In this document: piece after piece, positions 9,056 through 18,526 of the stretch
Position numbering within the stretch: the first letter of the stretch is position 1
How the letters are laid out: each line of letters begins with the position of its first letter
Origin: an uncultured Bacteroidales bacterium
GTDB taxonomy: Bacteria > Bacteroidota > Bacteroidia > Bacteroidales > CAIXZF01
NCBI GenBank assembly: GCA_964386485.1
Contig: CAYLTH010000006.1
Location: 8,610-43,744 of the forward strand
Direction of reading: 5' to 3'
Length of the DNA stretch: 35,135 bases
Position numbers and translations under genes: made by a program
The notes under the pieces: model-generated
Seen by the model: only the letters and a program-made list of their open reading frames with translations
What the model was told of the DNA's origin: nothing
Database searches by the model: none

Positions 9056-12000
9056 TTAAAACTTACATGAAACACTGAAACCAATGCTTCGTGCAGAAGG
9101 CAGCTGACCAAACTCAAGACCCTGAAGGTTCCCGTCGGAGAAGGATGATTCCGGATCTACGTGCGGTACTTTGCTATAAACAAGGGCCAGGTTTCTGCCG
9201 ATAACGGAGAGGTTAACATCCTTCAGGTTGGTGTTGAAGAATTTTTTGAAAGTGTATCCAAAACGGAATTCACGGAATTTGATGTAACTGGCATCAAAAA
9301 CAGAACCGGCTGATTTGTTGTTTTCATAAGCTGCTTTATTGTAATTCTCAGAAGTTACAACAACATCATTTGGTACATAAGTTACATTACCGTTTCCATC
9401 AATTACTTCTTTTACACCTTCGCCAACTACACCACCTTCGCGGCCAATGAGGGTTTCTTCAAGAACCCCTGCATAACGACCCCAGGTTGTTGTCATGGAA
9501 TAAAGTTTTCCACCCATTCTCATGTCAAACAGGAATGATAAGTTAAATCCTTTGTAAGAGAAGTTATTTCCGATACCACCGGTCCAATCAGGCTGATAGG
9601 TTCCGAAATAGGTTAATTTCCCCTGAACTGGCAGACCATTGCGGTGAATGATGTTTCCATCACCATCTCTCAGGTAGTCATATCCGTAAATTTCACCATA
9701 AGGTTGACCCGGACGGGCGATAACCTGTGTACTCCAATAGGTACCAAGTGAATATTGTTCTACGCCTTCACTGAGTTCAACAACTTCGTTTTTGTTTTTG
9801 GCAAAGTTGAAAGAAATATCCCAGTTGAATCCATCAGGATCTTTTGATTTGATTGGGTCAATACCTAAGAAGATTTCAATACCCTTGTTGTCAATACGGC
9901 CTGCATTGATAACCTTTGTGGTATAACCACTGGCTGCAGATACCGGGATGCTGATAATCTGGTCTTTAGCCTGGCTTGAATAATAGGTTACATCCAGACT
10001 GATACGATCCATGTAGAATTTGAATTCACCACCAATTTCGATTGATGTATTCATTTGAGGTTTCAGCAGGTTGTTAGGTAAATCATTCGGAACAAACTGA
10101 TTCAGATATTTTGTGGATGAATTCCAGCCATCACCGAAGCTAAGAGTAGGATACAATTTATAAGGATCAGTATCTCCTCCGACCTGAGCCCATCCAAGAC
10201 GAACTTTACCATAGGATAATACCTTGCTTTCAATTTTAAATACATCTGTGAATACAGTGCTTAACGCTACAGATGGATAGAAATAAGCCCAATCGCCTTT
10301 TGGCAGAGTACTTGACCAGTCTTCGCGACCTGTGAAATCAAGATAGAACCCTTTTTTCCAGGCAACCTGACCTGAGAAATACAAACTGTTAATTCTTCTG
10401 TGTGTATTGGCATTCTGAGCACGCAAAGGAACGCGGGAGTTGGAAACATTATAAACGCCGGGAACAGCAAGTTCATCAGCAGCACCAAATACCCTTGAAG
10501 TATATTGATCCATTCTGTTACCACCAAAATTGAAACTCATTTCCATATTTTTGGGTAAATCTCTGCGATACATGAAAAGGAAATCGGAGTTGATTTCACG
10601 GAATGTACGTAATTCTTCAGAATAAGAACCAAATTCATTATCAATATCGGTGGCAGCAATACGGCTGGTATTGAAATTTGAATAATAATCCATACCTGTT
10701 CTTACATAACCAGTCAAATTATCTGTAAATTGATAGGTGATTTTACCATTTCCGATAAGCCTGTTACGTTCCATACCATTTGTATTTTCATACAAAGTGA
10801 AGTAAGGGTTATTATGATAATTGTAATTCCAGTTATATTTAGTACCATCTGCATTTCTGTAATTCTTCAGACCTGTAATATCAACCTGACGGCCAAACCA
10901 GTTTAATTGCTGGAATACATTCTGTGCGTCATACCCGTAACCTGGCATATTATCACTTTTTGCGTTGATATAATTAACCGAGGTTGAAATGTTGAGTTTT
11001 GCTGCAGGGTTTGCAGAAGCTCCGATGGAAATGGTTTTCTTTAAAAGATCGGTGTTGGGAACCATACCGAACTGAGCATTGTCTGTAAAGGCCAGACGGA
11101 AACTTGCATTTTCACCGGATCCGGTAATGGCAAAGTTATTGGTCATTGTACGACCTGTATTCAGGAAGTCTTTTACGTTATCAGGATGAGAAATCCAGGG
11201 GGTTGCTGTTCTCACACCGTTGGCGTCAACCGGAGAATCAAACTGTGGAATATTTAGACCTGCATCCAGTTTTGGACCCCAGCTCTCGTCAGTTCCATCA
11301 TTGGTTCCACCACCGGCGCCATCAACAAATTCAAATTCTCCACTTGAACCCTGTCCATATTCATTCTGATATTTCGGCAAACGAAGCGGGGTTTCCCAGG
11401 TAGTGGTATTGCTGAATTCAACACCCCAGCCTTTTGATTTCATCCCTTTCTTCGAACCTGATTTGGTTGTGATAAGAATGACTCCGTTAGCAGCACGTGA
11501 ACCATAAAGAGCAGCTGCATTCGGTCCTTTTAACACAGAAATGTTTTCAATGTCATTCGGGTTGATATCCGTAGCTCCTGAACCTCTGTTAACACCTTCA
11601 TTTTCAGTGTTTCCGAAGTTTGAATTACTGATGGGAACTCCATCCACAACAAACAATGGCTGATTATTTCCACCTAAGGAAGAAACTCCGCGTAATACAA
11701 TACGTGATGAAGCTCCAACTGCGCCGGAACTGTTTGTAATCTGAACTCCGGAAATCCTACCCGTAAGTGCATTGATCACATTCGATTCCCTGGCCTTGGT
11801 GATTTCCTCACCCTGCACATTTTGCACTGAATATCCAATGGCTTTTTTATCCCTGGAAATCCCAAGTGCTGTAACCACAACTCCTTCCAGAGCCTTTGAT
11901 TCCGGCTCCATCTCTACATTAACAACATTTCCTGCACCTAAAGTAACTTCAACAGATTTCATCCCTACAAATGAAATCATCAAGACATTCTTGTCCTTAG

Positions 12001-12196
12001 GAACAGTTAAGGCGAACTTACCATCATTGTCGGTTATGACCCCAATGGTGGTTCCTTTAACCAAGACTGTGGCTCCGGGGATACCGAGACCATCCTCCGA
12101 ACTGGTTATCTTACCCGTTATGGAACGCTGGGCAAAGATAGCCGTTAGCCCGACGAACATCATCAAGGCTAGTAAAAGCGTACGTTTTCTCATCAT
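9056..12196 (-). CDS. susC: SusC/RagA family TonB-dependent outer-membrane transporter
   Basis: Signal peptide, N-terminal PGATVLVKGT extension, VVVTALGI, PLFVVDGVP, DINPNDIENISVLKGPNAAALYGSRAANGVILITTK, C-terminal Phe. The start may be 12193. Confidence 0.97.
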   Translation of the reverse strand: MMRKRTLLLALMMFVGLTAIFAQRSITGKITSSEDGLGIPGATVLVKGTTIGVITDNDGKFALTVPKDKNVLMISFVGMKSVEVTLGAGNVVNVEMEPESKALEGVVVTALGISRDKKAIGYSVQNVQGEEITKARESNVINALTGRISGVQITNSSGAVGASSRIVLRGVSSLGGNNQPLFVVDGVPISNSNFGNTENEGVNRGSGATDINPNDIENISVLKGPNAAALYGSRAANGVILITTKSGSKKGMKSKGWGVEFSNTTTWETPLRLPKYQNEYGQGSSGEFEFVDGAGGGTNDGTDESWGPKLDAGLNIPQFDSPVDANGVRTATPWISHPDNVKDFLNTGRTMTNNFAITGSGENASFRLAFTDNAQFGMVPNTDLLKKTISIGASANPAAKLNISTSVNYINAKSDNMPGYGYDAQNVFQQLNWFGRQVDITGLKNYRNADGTKYNWNYNYHNNPYFTLYENTNGMERNRLIGNGKITYQFTDNLTGYVRTGMDYYSNFNTSRIAATDIDNEFGSYSEELRTFREINSDFLFMYRRDLPKNMEMSFNFGGNRMDQYTSRVFGAADELAVPGVYNVSNSRVPLRAQNANTHRRINSLYFSGQVAWKKGFYLDFTGREDWSSTLPKGDWAYFYPSVALSTVFTDVFKIESKVLSYGKVRLGWAQVGGDTDPYKLYPTLSFGDGWNSSTKYLNQFVPNDLPNNLLKPQMNTSIEIGGEFKFYMDRISLDVTYYSSQAKDQIISIPVSAASGYTTKVINAGRIDNKGIEIFLGIDPIKSKDPDGFNWDISFNFAKNKNEVVELSEGVEQYSLGTYWSTQVIARPGQPYGEIYGYDYLRDGDGNIIHRNGLPVQGKLTYFGTYQPDWTGGIGNNFSYKGFNLSFLFDMRMGGKLYSMTTTWGRYAGVLEETLIGREGGVVGEGVKEVIDGNGNVTYVPNDVVVTSENYNKAAYENNKSAGSVFDASYIKFREFRFGYTFKKFFNTNLKDVNLSVIGRNLALVYSKVPHVDPESSFSDGNLQGLEFGQLPSARSIGFSVSCKF

Positions 12197-12448
12197 GTTG
12201 GTTTTTGGTTAATTAATAGTTAAACATCTGGTTCTTAATATCATAAGCAAATACATCTCCGATGTTAAATCGAAAATGTGATCATATTTGTGGAATAATA
12301 ATTTTCTATCGTTCCTATATCCTAATATGCCATGGCCAATGGCGCAGCCAATTTAGAAATAATTTTTTCTCACTTAACAAAATTTAAGAAAAAATTAACC
12401 AGAAATTTTTATGACTATGTAAGTGTCTGATAACCAAAATCTAAAAAT

Positions 12449-12477
12449 AAAAAAGCAGGGAATATCCCTGCTTTTTT
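12449..12477 (-). terminator. Intrinsic terminator after the ammonia-lyase gene
   Basis: AAAAAAGCAGGG-AATAT-CCCTGCTTTTTT hairpin with T tracts on both strands, about 30 nt past the stop at 12506. Confidence 0.88.
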
Positions 12478-12505
12478 AACAATAAATTAAGATTTTTGTC
12501 TTTTA

Positions 12506-14047
12506 TTATTCCAGAATACCAACAGCTTTTTCTACTTCTTCCAGTATTTCGCATGACTTAACCAAGGCTTTCATTTTGTTGTGATCGTCGTACAATGGAC
12601 GGTCAATATCCAGATAATCAACATACTTGCGAATCACACTGTGTGCGATTTGGGTGCCTTTGCCAAATTCATACTTTTGCTCATCATATTTCTGGCGCAA
12701 GTCCAATGCCTGTGCAGCTGCAAAAAGTTCGATCCCAAGGATTCCATAGGCATTATCCAGAATCTGAATATTCTTCAGTGCTGTATTGAAGCCCATCGAT
12801 ACAAAGTCTTCCTGATCAGCAGCAGCCGGAATGGATTGGATACTCGCTGGCATGGATAGAATTCGTTGCTCAACAATCTGCATATCAGCAGTATACTGGC
12901 TTAACATCAATCCGCTGAACATACCGGCACCTTTGGTAAGAAATGGAGGTAAACCAACACTGAGAGCCGGATTGTTTAGGCGGTTCATGCGGCGTTCGGA
13001 TAAAACACTCACCATTGTAATACAATATCCTACCATATCCATGGGTACAGAAATCGGACTGCCCTGGAAATTAGCCCCACTTAATTGCATATTTTCTTCC
13101 GGGAAGAAAATCGGGTTGTCGCAAACACCATTCAACTCAATTTCAACTTGTTCGCGGGCCCACCTTACAGCGTCGTGTGCAGCACCAATTACCTGAGGGG
13201 TTGAGCGCATACTATAGGCATCCTGAACTTTAACTTTGATGCGGCTTTCAGCCAGATCGCCTCCGGCAGTTACTTTGCGGATAGCAGCAGCACTGCGGAC
13301 TCCACCAGGGAAGCCGCGTACTTCAAGGATTCTGGCGTTATAAGGTTTTAAATTGGCTTTTAATGCTTCTAACGATAATGCACAGGCAATTTCGGCCTGT
13401 TTCAGCCAGCGGTTGGTGTCATAGATCATCAGGGCAGCCATGGCTGTCATCACATTGGAGCCGTTAATGGCTGCAAGTCCGTCTCTTGCCTGCAATCCCG
13501 GAATTGGGATGCCGGCGCGGTCCATAGCTTCTTTCCCATTGAGTAATTCACCCTGATAAAAAGCCTGCCCTTCTCCCATTAATAACAAGGCGATTTGTGA
13601 CATCGGAGCCAAATCTCCACAAGCACCAACCGAACCTTTGTTGCAGACAAAGGGAACTACGTCCTTGTTCAACATATCAACGTATGTTTGGGTAATTTCA
13701 ATCCTGCATCCCGAATTGCCATGGGCATGTACATTAATACGTCCCAACATGGCTCCCCGAACGATTTCCAGGGGTAGGGCTTCACCAATTCCTGCAGCAT
13801 GATTGTAGATGAGATATTTCTGAAAATCTTGAACCTGATCATCATTCAGAACAACTTCACTGAATTCGCCGATTCCGGTATTCACGCCATACATGATCTC
13901 ATGCGCTGCGATTTTCCGTTCGAGCATTGCCCTGCATGCGTTGATCTTTTTTACAGATTCGGGATGTAATTCGATTTTTTCCCCATAACGGGCAACTTTA
14001 ACCAGTTTCTCAATTGTCAGTCCTGCACCATTTATAATATGTGTCAT
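12506..14047 (-). CDS. HAL/PAL/TAL-family aromatic amino acid ammonia-lyase, most like histidine ammonia-lyase, with atypical ACG motif
   Basis: YGVNTG.G, NHAAG.G, GSVGACGDLAP, INGS, QDAYS.R..PQV.G, DNP, LP.FL, SG.M..QYTA, QEDFVSMG. Family is certain, substrate is not, so hutH is not assigned. Confidence 0.9.
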   Translation of the reverse strand: MTHIINGAGLTIEKLVKVARYGEKIELHPESVKKINACRAMLERKIAAHEIMYGVNTGIGEFSEVVLNDDQVQDFQKYLIYNHAAGIGEALPLEIVRGAMLGRINVHAHGNSGCRIEITQTYVDMLNKDVVPFVCNKGSVGACGDLAPMSQIALLLMGEGQAFYQGELLNGKEAMDRAGIPIPGLQARDGLAAINGSNVMTAMAALMIYDTNRWLKQAEIACALSLEALKANLKPYNARILEVRGFPGGVRSAAAIRKVTAGGDLAESRIKVKVQDAYSMRSTPQVIGAAHDAVRWAREQVEIELNGVCDNPIFFPEENMQLSGANFQGSPISVPMDMVGYCITMVSVLSERRMNRLNNPALSVGLPPFLTKGAGMFSGLMLSQYTADMQIVEQRILSMPASIQSIPAAADQEDFVSMGFNTALKNIQILDNAYGILGIELFAAAQALDLRQKYDEQKYEFGKGTQIAHSVIRKYVDYLDIDRPLYDDHNKMKALVKSCEILEEVEKAVGILE

Positions 14048-14242
14048 GATTTTTGTTTTTAAAGGTTTTCACTCCAATCCGAAAATATTCTCAGACGTAG
14101 TGATTAATAATTTTTAATATAGGTGAACCCGGGGTAAGGAATTACCCCGCAAAGAAGATTAAAAACAGAGGCCGGTGCGGTTGATCTGTATTTTAAAATT
14201 GAGTAACCAGCTGTAAATCATGGCTGAATATTTACTGCGAAA

Positions 14243-15643
14243 TTAGGGGGTTTCTCCGAATATAAAAAGCTCTTTGAGATATTCTGTAAGTTTTTCTTTT
14301 TCAAGGATAATCTGATTGCCTGTAAGCATATTTTTTAACTTCAGTTGTCCACTGGCAATTTCATCTGAACCGGTTAGCAGTACATAGGGAATTTTCTTCT
14401 GATCAGCATATCCGAATTGCTTTTTCATGCCTGCTGATTCAGGGTAAATTTCAGCCGGGATTTCATGTCGCCGCAATTCTTTAAGCAATTCCAGAGAGTA
14501 ATATTCCTCCTCATTTCCGAAGTTGGTTACAAGAATGAATGTGTGTCCGAGAACTTCATCTGGAAACAAACCCAATTCATTCAGAACATCATAAATGCGA
14601 TCGGCTCCAAATGAAATACCAACTCCTGAAACATCTTTTAAACCAAATACGCCTGTCAGATCATCATAACGACCACCGCCACAAATACTGCCAATAGCAA
14701 CATTTTTGGCTTTCACCTCGATAATTGCTCCGGTATAATAATTCAATCCCCGGGCCAGGGTCAGATCCAGCTGAACGTGATGGCCGGGTTGAATCCTGTT
14801 AAGATATTGAAAAACAGTTTTTAACTCATCAACTCCCTTGCTTCCGGTTTCATCGTTGGCAAACAAATTGGTTAGTGTAGAAAGTTTTTCTTCATTGGTC
14901 CCGCTGAGTTCGAGGATGGGTTGCAGCTTTTGAATAGCATCTTCAGCAAGTCCACCCACACGAAGCTCATTAATAACTCCCTCAATTCCGATTTTATCAA
15001 GTTTGTCAATTGCAACAGTAATTGTGATCAGACGGGCAGATTCTCCAATCAGGTTTGCAATGGCTGAAAGAATTTTCCTGTTATTCAGATGAATAGATAC
15101 TTCTGTACCCAGATTATGAAATACTTCCTCAATAATTTGAATGAGTTCAGTTTCATACAGCAGTGAATTGCTGCCGATAACATCCACATCGCATTGGTAA
15201 AACTCACGGTAACGCCCTTTCTGAGGCCTGTCGGCACGCCAGACAGGCTGTATCTGGTAGCGTTTAAAAGGAAACTGAATTTCATTCCGGTGCTGAACAA
15301 CATATCTGGCAAATGGCACAGTTAAATCATATCGTAAACCTTTTTCTGAGATTTTGGATGTAATTGATGCGCTTTGGATTGGTCCGGTTACCTGACCTTC
15401 CTCATTTATTATTCCGCCCGAAACAAGAAAATCACCGGAATTTAAAATTTTAAAGAGTAATTTATCCCCTTCATCCCCGTATTTGCCAAGTAGTGTGCTA
15501 AGGTTTTCCATGGCAGGGGTTTCAATGGGTTGATACCCATACACCTGAAATGTACTGCGAATAGTATTAAAAATGTAGTTGCGCCGGGCCATTTCGATCG
15601 GACCAAAATCGCGGGTTCCTTTGGGTATTGAGGGTTTGGACAT
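14243..15643 (-). CDS. hisS: Histidine--tRNA ligase
   Basis: [77 protein letters not shown]. Start taken at ATG 15643 (MSKPSIPKG). Confidence 0.97.
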   Translation of the reverse strand: MSKPSIPKGTRDFGPIEMARRNYIFNTIRSTFQVYGYQPIETPAMENLSTLLGKYGDEGDKLLFKILNSGDFLVSGGIINEEGQVTGPIQSASITSKISEKGLRYDLTVPFARYVVQHRNEIQFPFKRYQIQPVWRADRPQKGRYREFYQCDVDVIGSNSLLYETELIQIIEEVFHNLGTEVSIHLNNRKILSAIANLIGESARLITITVAIDKLDKIGIEGVINELRVGGLAEDAIQKLQPILELSGTNEEKLSTLTNLFANDETGSKGVDELKTVFQYLNRIQPGHHVQLDLTLARGLNYYTGAIIEVKAKNVAIGSICGGGRYDDLTGVFGLKDVSGVGISFGADRIYDVLNELGLFPDEVLGHTFILVTNFGNEEEYYSLELLKELRRHEIPAEIYPESAGMKKQFGYADQKKIPYVLLTGSDEIASGQLKLKNMLTGNQIILEKEKLTEYLKELFIFGETP

Positions 15644-15682
15644 AGTATTCGTTCGTTTTAGAGCCTGCTTTGCCAATTGTTT

Positions 15683-17353
15683 TTACAATCCTTTGTATTT
15701 GATGCGGTGTGGGGTTAAATCCGAGAAACGTTTTTTTCTATTTTCCTCATAATCCGTGTAGCCGCCTTCAAAGAAGTAAACCTGAGAATCCCCTTCAAAG
15801 GCAAGAATGTGGGTCGCTACCCGGTCGAGGAACCAGCGGTCGTGTGAAATGACAACTGCACATCCTGCAAAATTATCAAGTCCTTCTTCCAATGCTCTGA
15901 GTGTATTAACATCGATGTCATTGGTTGGCTCATCAAGTAACAGCACATTGCCTTCTTCTTTCAGTGTAAGCGCAAGATGCAACCTGTTCCGCTCTCCGCC
16001 CGACAGCACACCACATTTCTTTTCCTGATCTGCCCCTGTGAAATTAAAGCGTGCAATATAGGCACGGGCATTGATTAAGCGGCCACCAACCTGAATATTA
16101 TCGGCTCCTCCGGAAATGACCTGATATACAGACTTTTCGGGATCGATATCTGCATGCGACTGGTCAACATAAGCCAGCTTAACAGTTTCTCCTGTAATAA
16201 AACTGCCTTTATCCGGCGTTTCAACACCCATAATCATACGGAACAGGGTTGTTTTTCCAGCTCCGTTTGGTCCTATAATTCCAACAATGCCGGCAGGAGG
16301 GAGGGCAAAGGTAAGATCTTCAAATAGTAGTTTTTTGCCAAATGCTTTAGCTACATGATCCACTTCTATTACCTGATTTCCAAGGCGTGGACCATTCGGA
16401 ATGTAAATTTCGAGTCTTTCTTCCTTTTGTCTGGAGTCTTCACTCATCATTTTTTCGTAAGCATTCAAACGCGCTTTTCCTTTAGCCTGGCGGGCTTTCG
16501 GACTCATTCGTACCCAGTCGAGTTCCCGTTCAAGGGTTTTTCGCCTGCGGGATTCTGTTTTTTCTTCCTGAGCCAGTCTGTTGGATTTCTGTTCAAGCCA
16601 GGACGTGTAATTACCCTGCCATGGAATACCTTCTCCACGATCGAGTTCCAGAATCCAACCGGCTACATTGTCGAGGAAATACCGGTCATGGGTAATGGCA
16701 ATAACGGTTCCTTTATATTGTTGCAGGTGCATTTCCAGCCACTGGATAGATTCAGCATCCAAATGGTTTGTAGGCTCATCCAATAACAGAATATCAGGCT
16801 CCTGTAACAAAAGACGGCAAAGGGCAACCCTGCGGCGCTCACCTCCCGATAAATGTTTGATGGGTTCATCCGGCTCCGGACAACGCAGCGCATCCATGGC
16901 CCGTTCCAGTTTATTATCCAGTTCCCAGGCATTATGCTGATCGAGCAGTTCAGTGAGTTCTCCCTGCCGTTGAATCAGTTTATCCATCTCCTTATCGGTC
17001 ATGGGTTCCGAAAAACGATTGTTGACCTCTTCATATTCTTTTAATAAGTCAACCGTTTCCTTTACACCTTCTTCAACAATTTCCCTTACAGTTTTGGAGT
17101 CATCAAGCTCAGGTTCCTGAGCCAGCATTCCGATAGAATGCCCGGGAGAATAAACAACCTGTCCCTGAAAAGACTTTTCAATACCGGCAATGATTTTGAG
17201 CAGGGTCGATTTTCCACTGCCATTCAAACCGATGATGCCAATTTTGGCTCCATAAAAAAAAGACAGGTAAATGTCTTTCAGAACCTGTTTATGCGGTGGG
17301 AAAATTTTGCTTACCCCCACCATTGAGAAAATAATTTTGTGATCGTCTGCCAT
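15683..17353 (-). CDS. ettA: Energy-dependent translational throttle protein EttA (ABC-F)
   Basis: LSFFYGAKIG.IGLNGSGKST, LSGGERRRVALCRLLL, ELDRGEGIPW.GNY.SWL, WVRMSPKARQAK.KAR, second ABC domain, HDRWFLDRVATHILAFEG. Confidence 0.96.
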   Translation of the reverse strand: MADDHKIIFSMVGVSKIFPPHKQVLKDIYLSFFYGAKIGIIGLNGSGKSTLLKIIAGIEKSFQGQVVYSPGHSIGMLAQEPELDDSKTVREIVEEGVKETVDLLKEYEEVNNRFSEPMTDKEMDKLIQRQGELTELLDQHNAWELDNKLERAMDALRCPEPDEPIKHLSGGERRRVALCRLLLQEPDILLLDEPTNHLDAESIQWLEMHLQQYKGTVIAITHDRYFLDNVAGWILELDRGEGIPWQGNYTSWLEQKSNRLAQEEKTESRRRKTLERELDWVRMSPKARQAKGKARLNAYEKMMSEDSRQKEERLEIYIPNGPRLGNQVIEVDHVAKAFGKKLLFEDLTFALPPAGIVGIIGPNGAGKTTLFRMIMGVETPDKGSFITGETVKLAYVDQSHADIDPEKSVYQVISGGADNIQVGGRLINARAYIARFNFTGADQEKKCGVLSGGERNRLHLALTLKEEGNVLLLDEPTNDIDVNTLRALEEGLDNFAGCAVVISHDRWFLDRVATHILAFEGDSQVYFFEGGYTDYEENRKKRFSDLTPHRIKYKGL

Positions 17354-17359
17354 ATGAAA

Positions 17360-18526
17360 TTATGAATTTTGAATAATACGGGTCAGCTCCCGGTTTGTGA
17401 TTTCCCAGTTAAAGTTTTTTAAAACAAAATTGTGTCCGGCACTGGCAATCTGATCTGCAAAAGTAGGATTATCCAGCAGATTTATGATAGCATTGGCATA
17501 TTCTTCGGGATCATTACAGACAATAATTTCGGAACCATGTTGCGCTTTCAGGGCAGCATTGGCAAGTTGACTTGTGATACAAGGCAAATTCATGGCCATG
17601 GCTTCCAGTAGTTTATTCTGTAATCCGGTTCCTATTTGCATCGGGGCAATGAAAATTCTTGACTGATTATAGCTATCCCGGATATCATCCTGCCAGCCAC
17701 TTATTTGGATATTTTCACATGCTCTGGCCAGAAGTTGACCGGAAGGACTGGCCCCGGCAATCAGAACCCTGACTTTTTTGCCTGCTTTATTTAATAGTGG
17801 TATAATTTTATCGATCAGGTAAATAGCACTGTTTACATTCGGAGGATATTGCATATTGCCTGTAAAGACCAGATCATTCACTTTTTCGGAAGGAACAGGT
17901 TTGAAATATTCAAAATCAACACCATTTGGAATGATGTGAATTTTATTCCTTTCCGGATGGGGAATAAAATCACGATCGGGTTCAGAAATAATTGTTTTCT
18001 GGTCAAATTTATCAAATACAGCAGATTCGTATTTAAGCAGGCGACGGTATTCAATTTTCAAAACCCAGCGGAAATACCAGGGTGCAATGGCGATTCGTCT
18101 TTCTACTCCCTTTGAAAATACATCCTGATAATCAATTGTTTTCGGAATGTCAAAGTCCATTCCATATGCTGCTGTCCGGATTAGTTGACAATACAGGTAG
18201 TCAGGATTAAGTTCCTGCTTCTTTTTCAATATTTGCTTTGCAGCTTTACATGAATAAAAATAGCCGATCTGAAGAGGTTTGCCAAGAAAAAATGCTTTCA
18301 GAACATTCAGCAAAATTCCAAACCTGCTTAAATTAAAAACAGTAAATGTGGCCGTAAAGGGCTTTAGAACCGCTGCGGCATCGGGATGAATCCGGGAATC
18401 ATTTAAACAGAATAAGTGAATACTGAAGTTTTTCGACAATACCTTTATCTGATTGAATGCCCGTAACTTATCTCCTTTATCGAGAGGAAAGGGTACACGT
18501 GGTAATATTATAAACAATTGTTTCAC
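17360..18526 (-). CDS. Glycosyltransferase, GT4 (GT-B fold)
   Basis: RVPFPLDKGDKLR, IIPNGVD, FTGNMQYPPN, APMQIGTGLQNKLLEAMAM. GTG start overlaps the upstream TGA (GTGA). Confidence 0.9.
   Translation of the reverse strand: MKQLFIILPRVPFPLDKGDKLRAFNQIKVLSKNFSIHLFCLNDSRIHPDAAAVLKPFTATFTVFNLSRFGILLNVLKAFFLGKPLQIGYFYSCKAAKQILKKKQELNPDYLYCQLIRTAAYGMDFDIPKTIDYQDVFSKGVERRIAIAPWYFRWVLKIEYRRLLKYESAVFDKFDQKTIISEPDRDFIPHPERNKIHIIPNGVDFEYFKPVPSEKVNDLVFTGNMQYPPNVNSAIYLIDKIIPLLNKAGKKVRVLIAGASPSGQLLARACENIQISGWQDDIRDSYNQSRIFIAPMQIGTGLQNKLLEAMAMNLPCITSQLANAALKAQHGSEIIVCNDPEEYANAIINLLDNPTFADQIASAGHNFVLKNFNWEITNRELTRIIQNS

Noticed and set aside
11772-12212. 146-aa plus-strand ORF and similar antisense ORFs inside susC, ettA, priA and the BNR genes
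   Set aside because: These are antisense shadows typical of codon-biased genes, with no independent support.
14159-14221. 20-codon ORF MIYSWLLNFKIQINRTGLCF upstream of the lyase as a possible attenuator leader peptide
   Set aside because: It has no His codons or other amino-acid run, and no terminator/antiterminator pair with a U tract.
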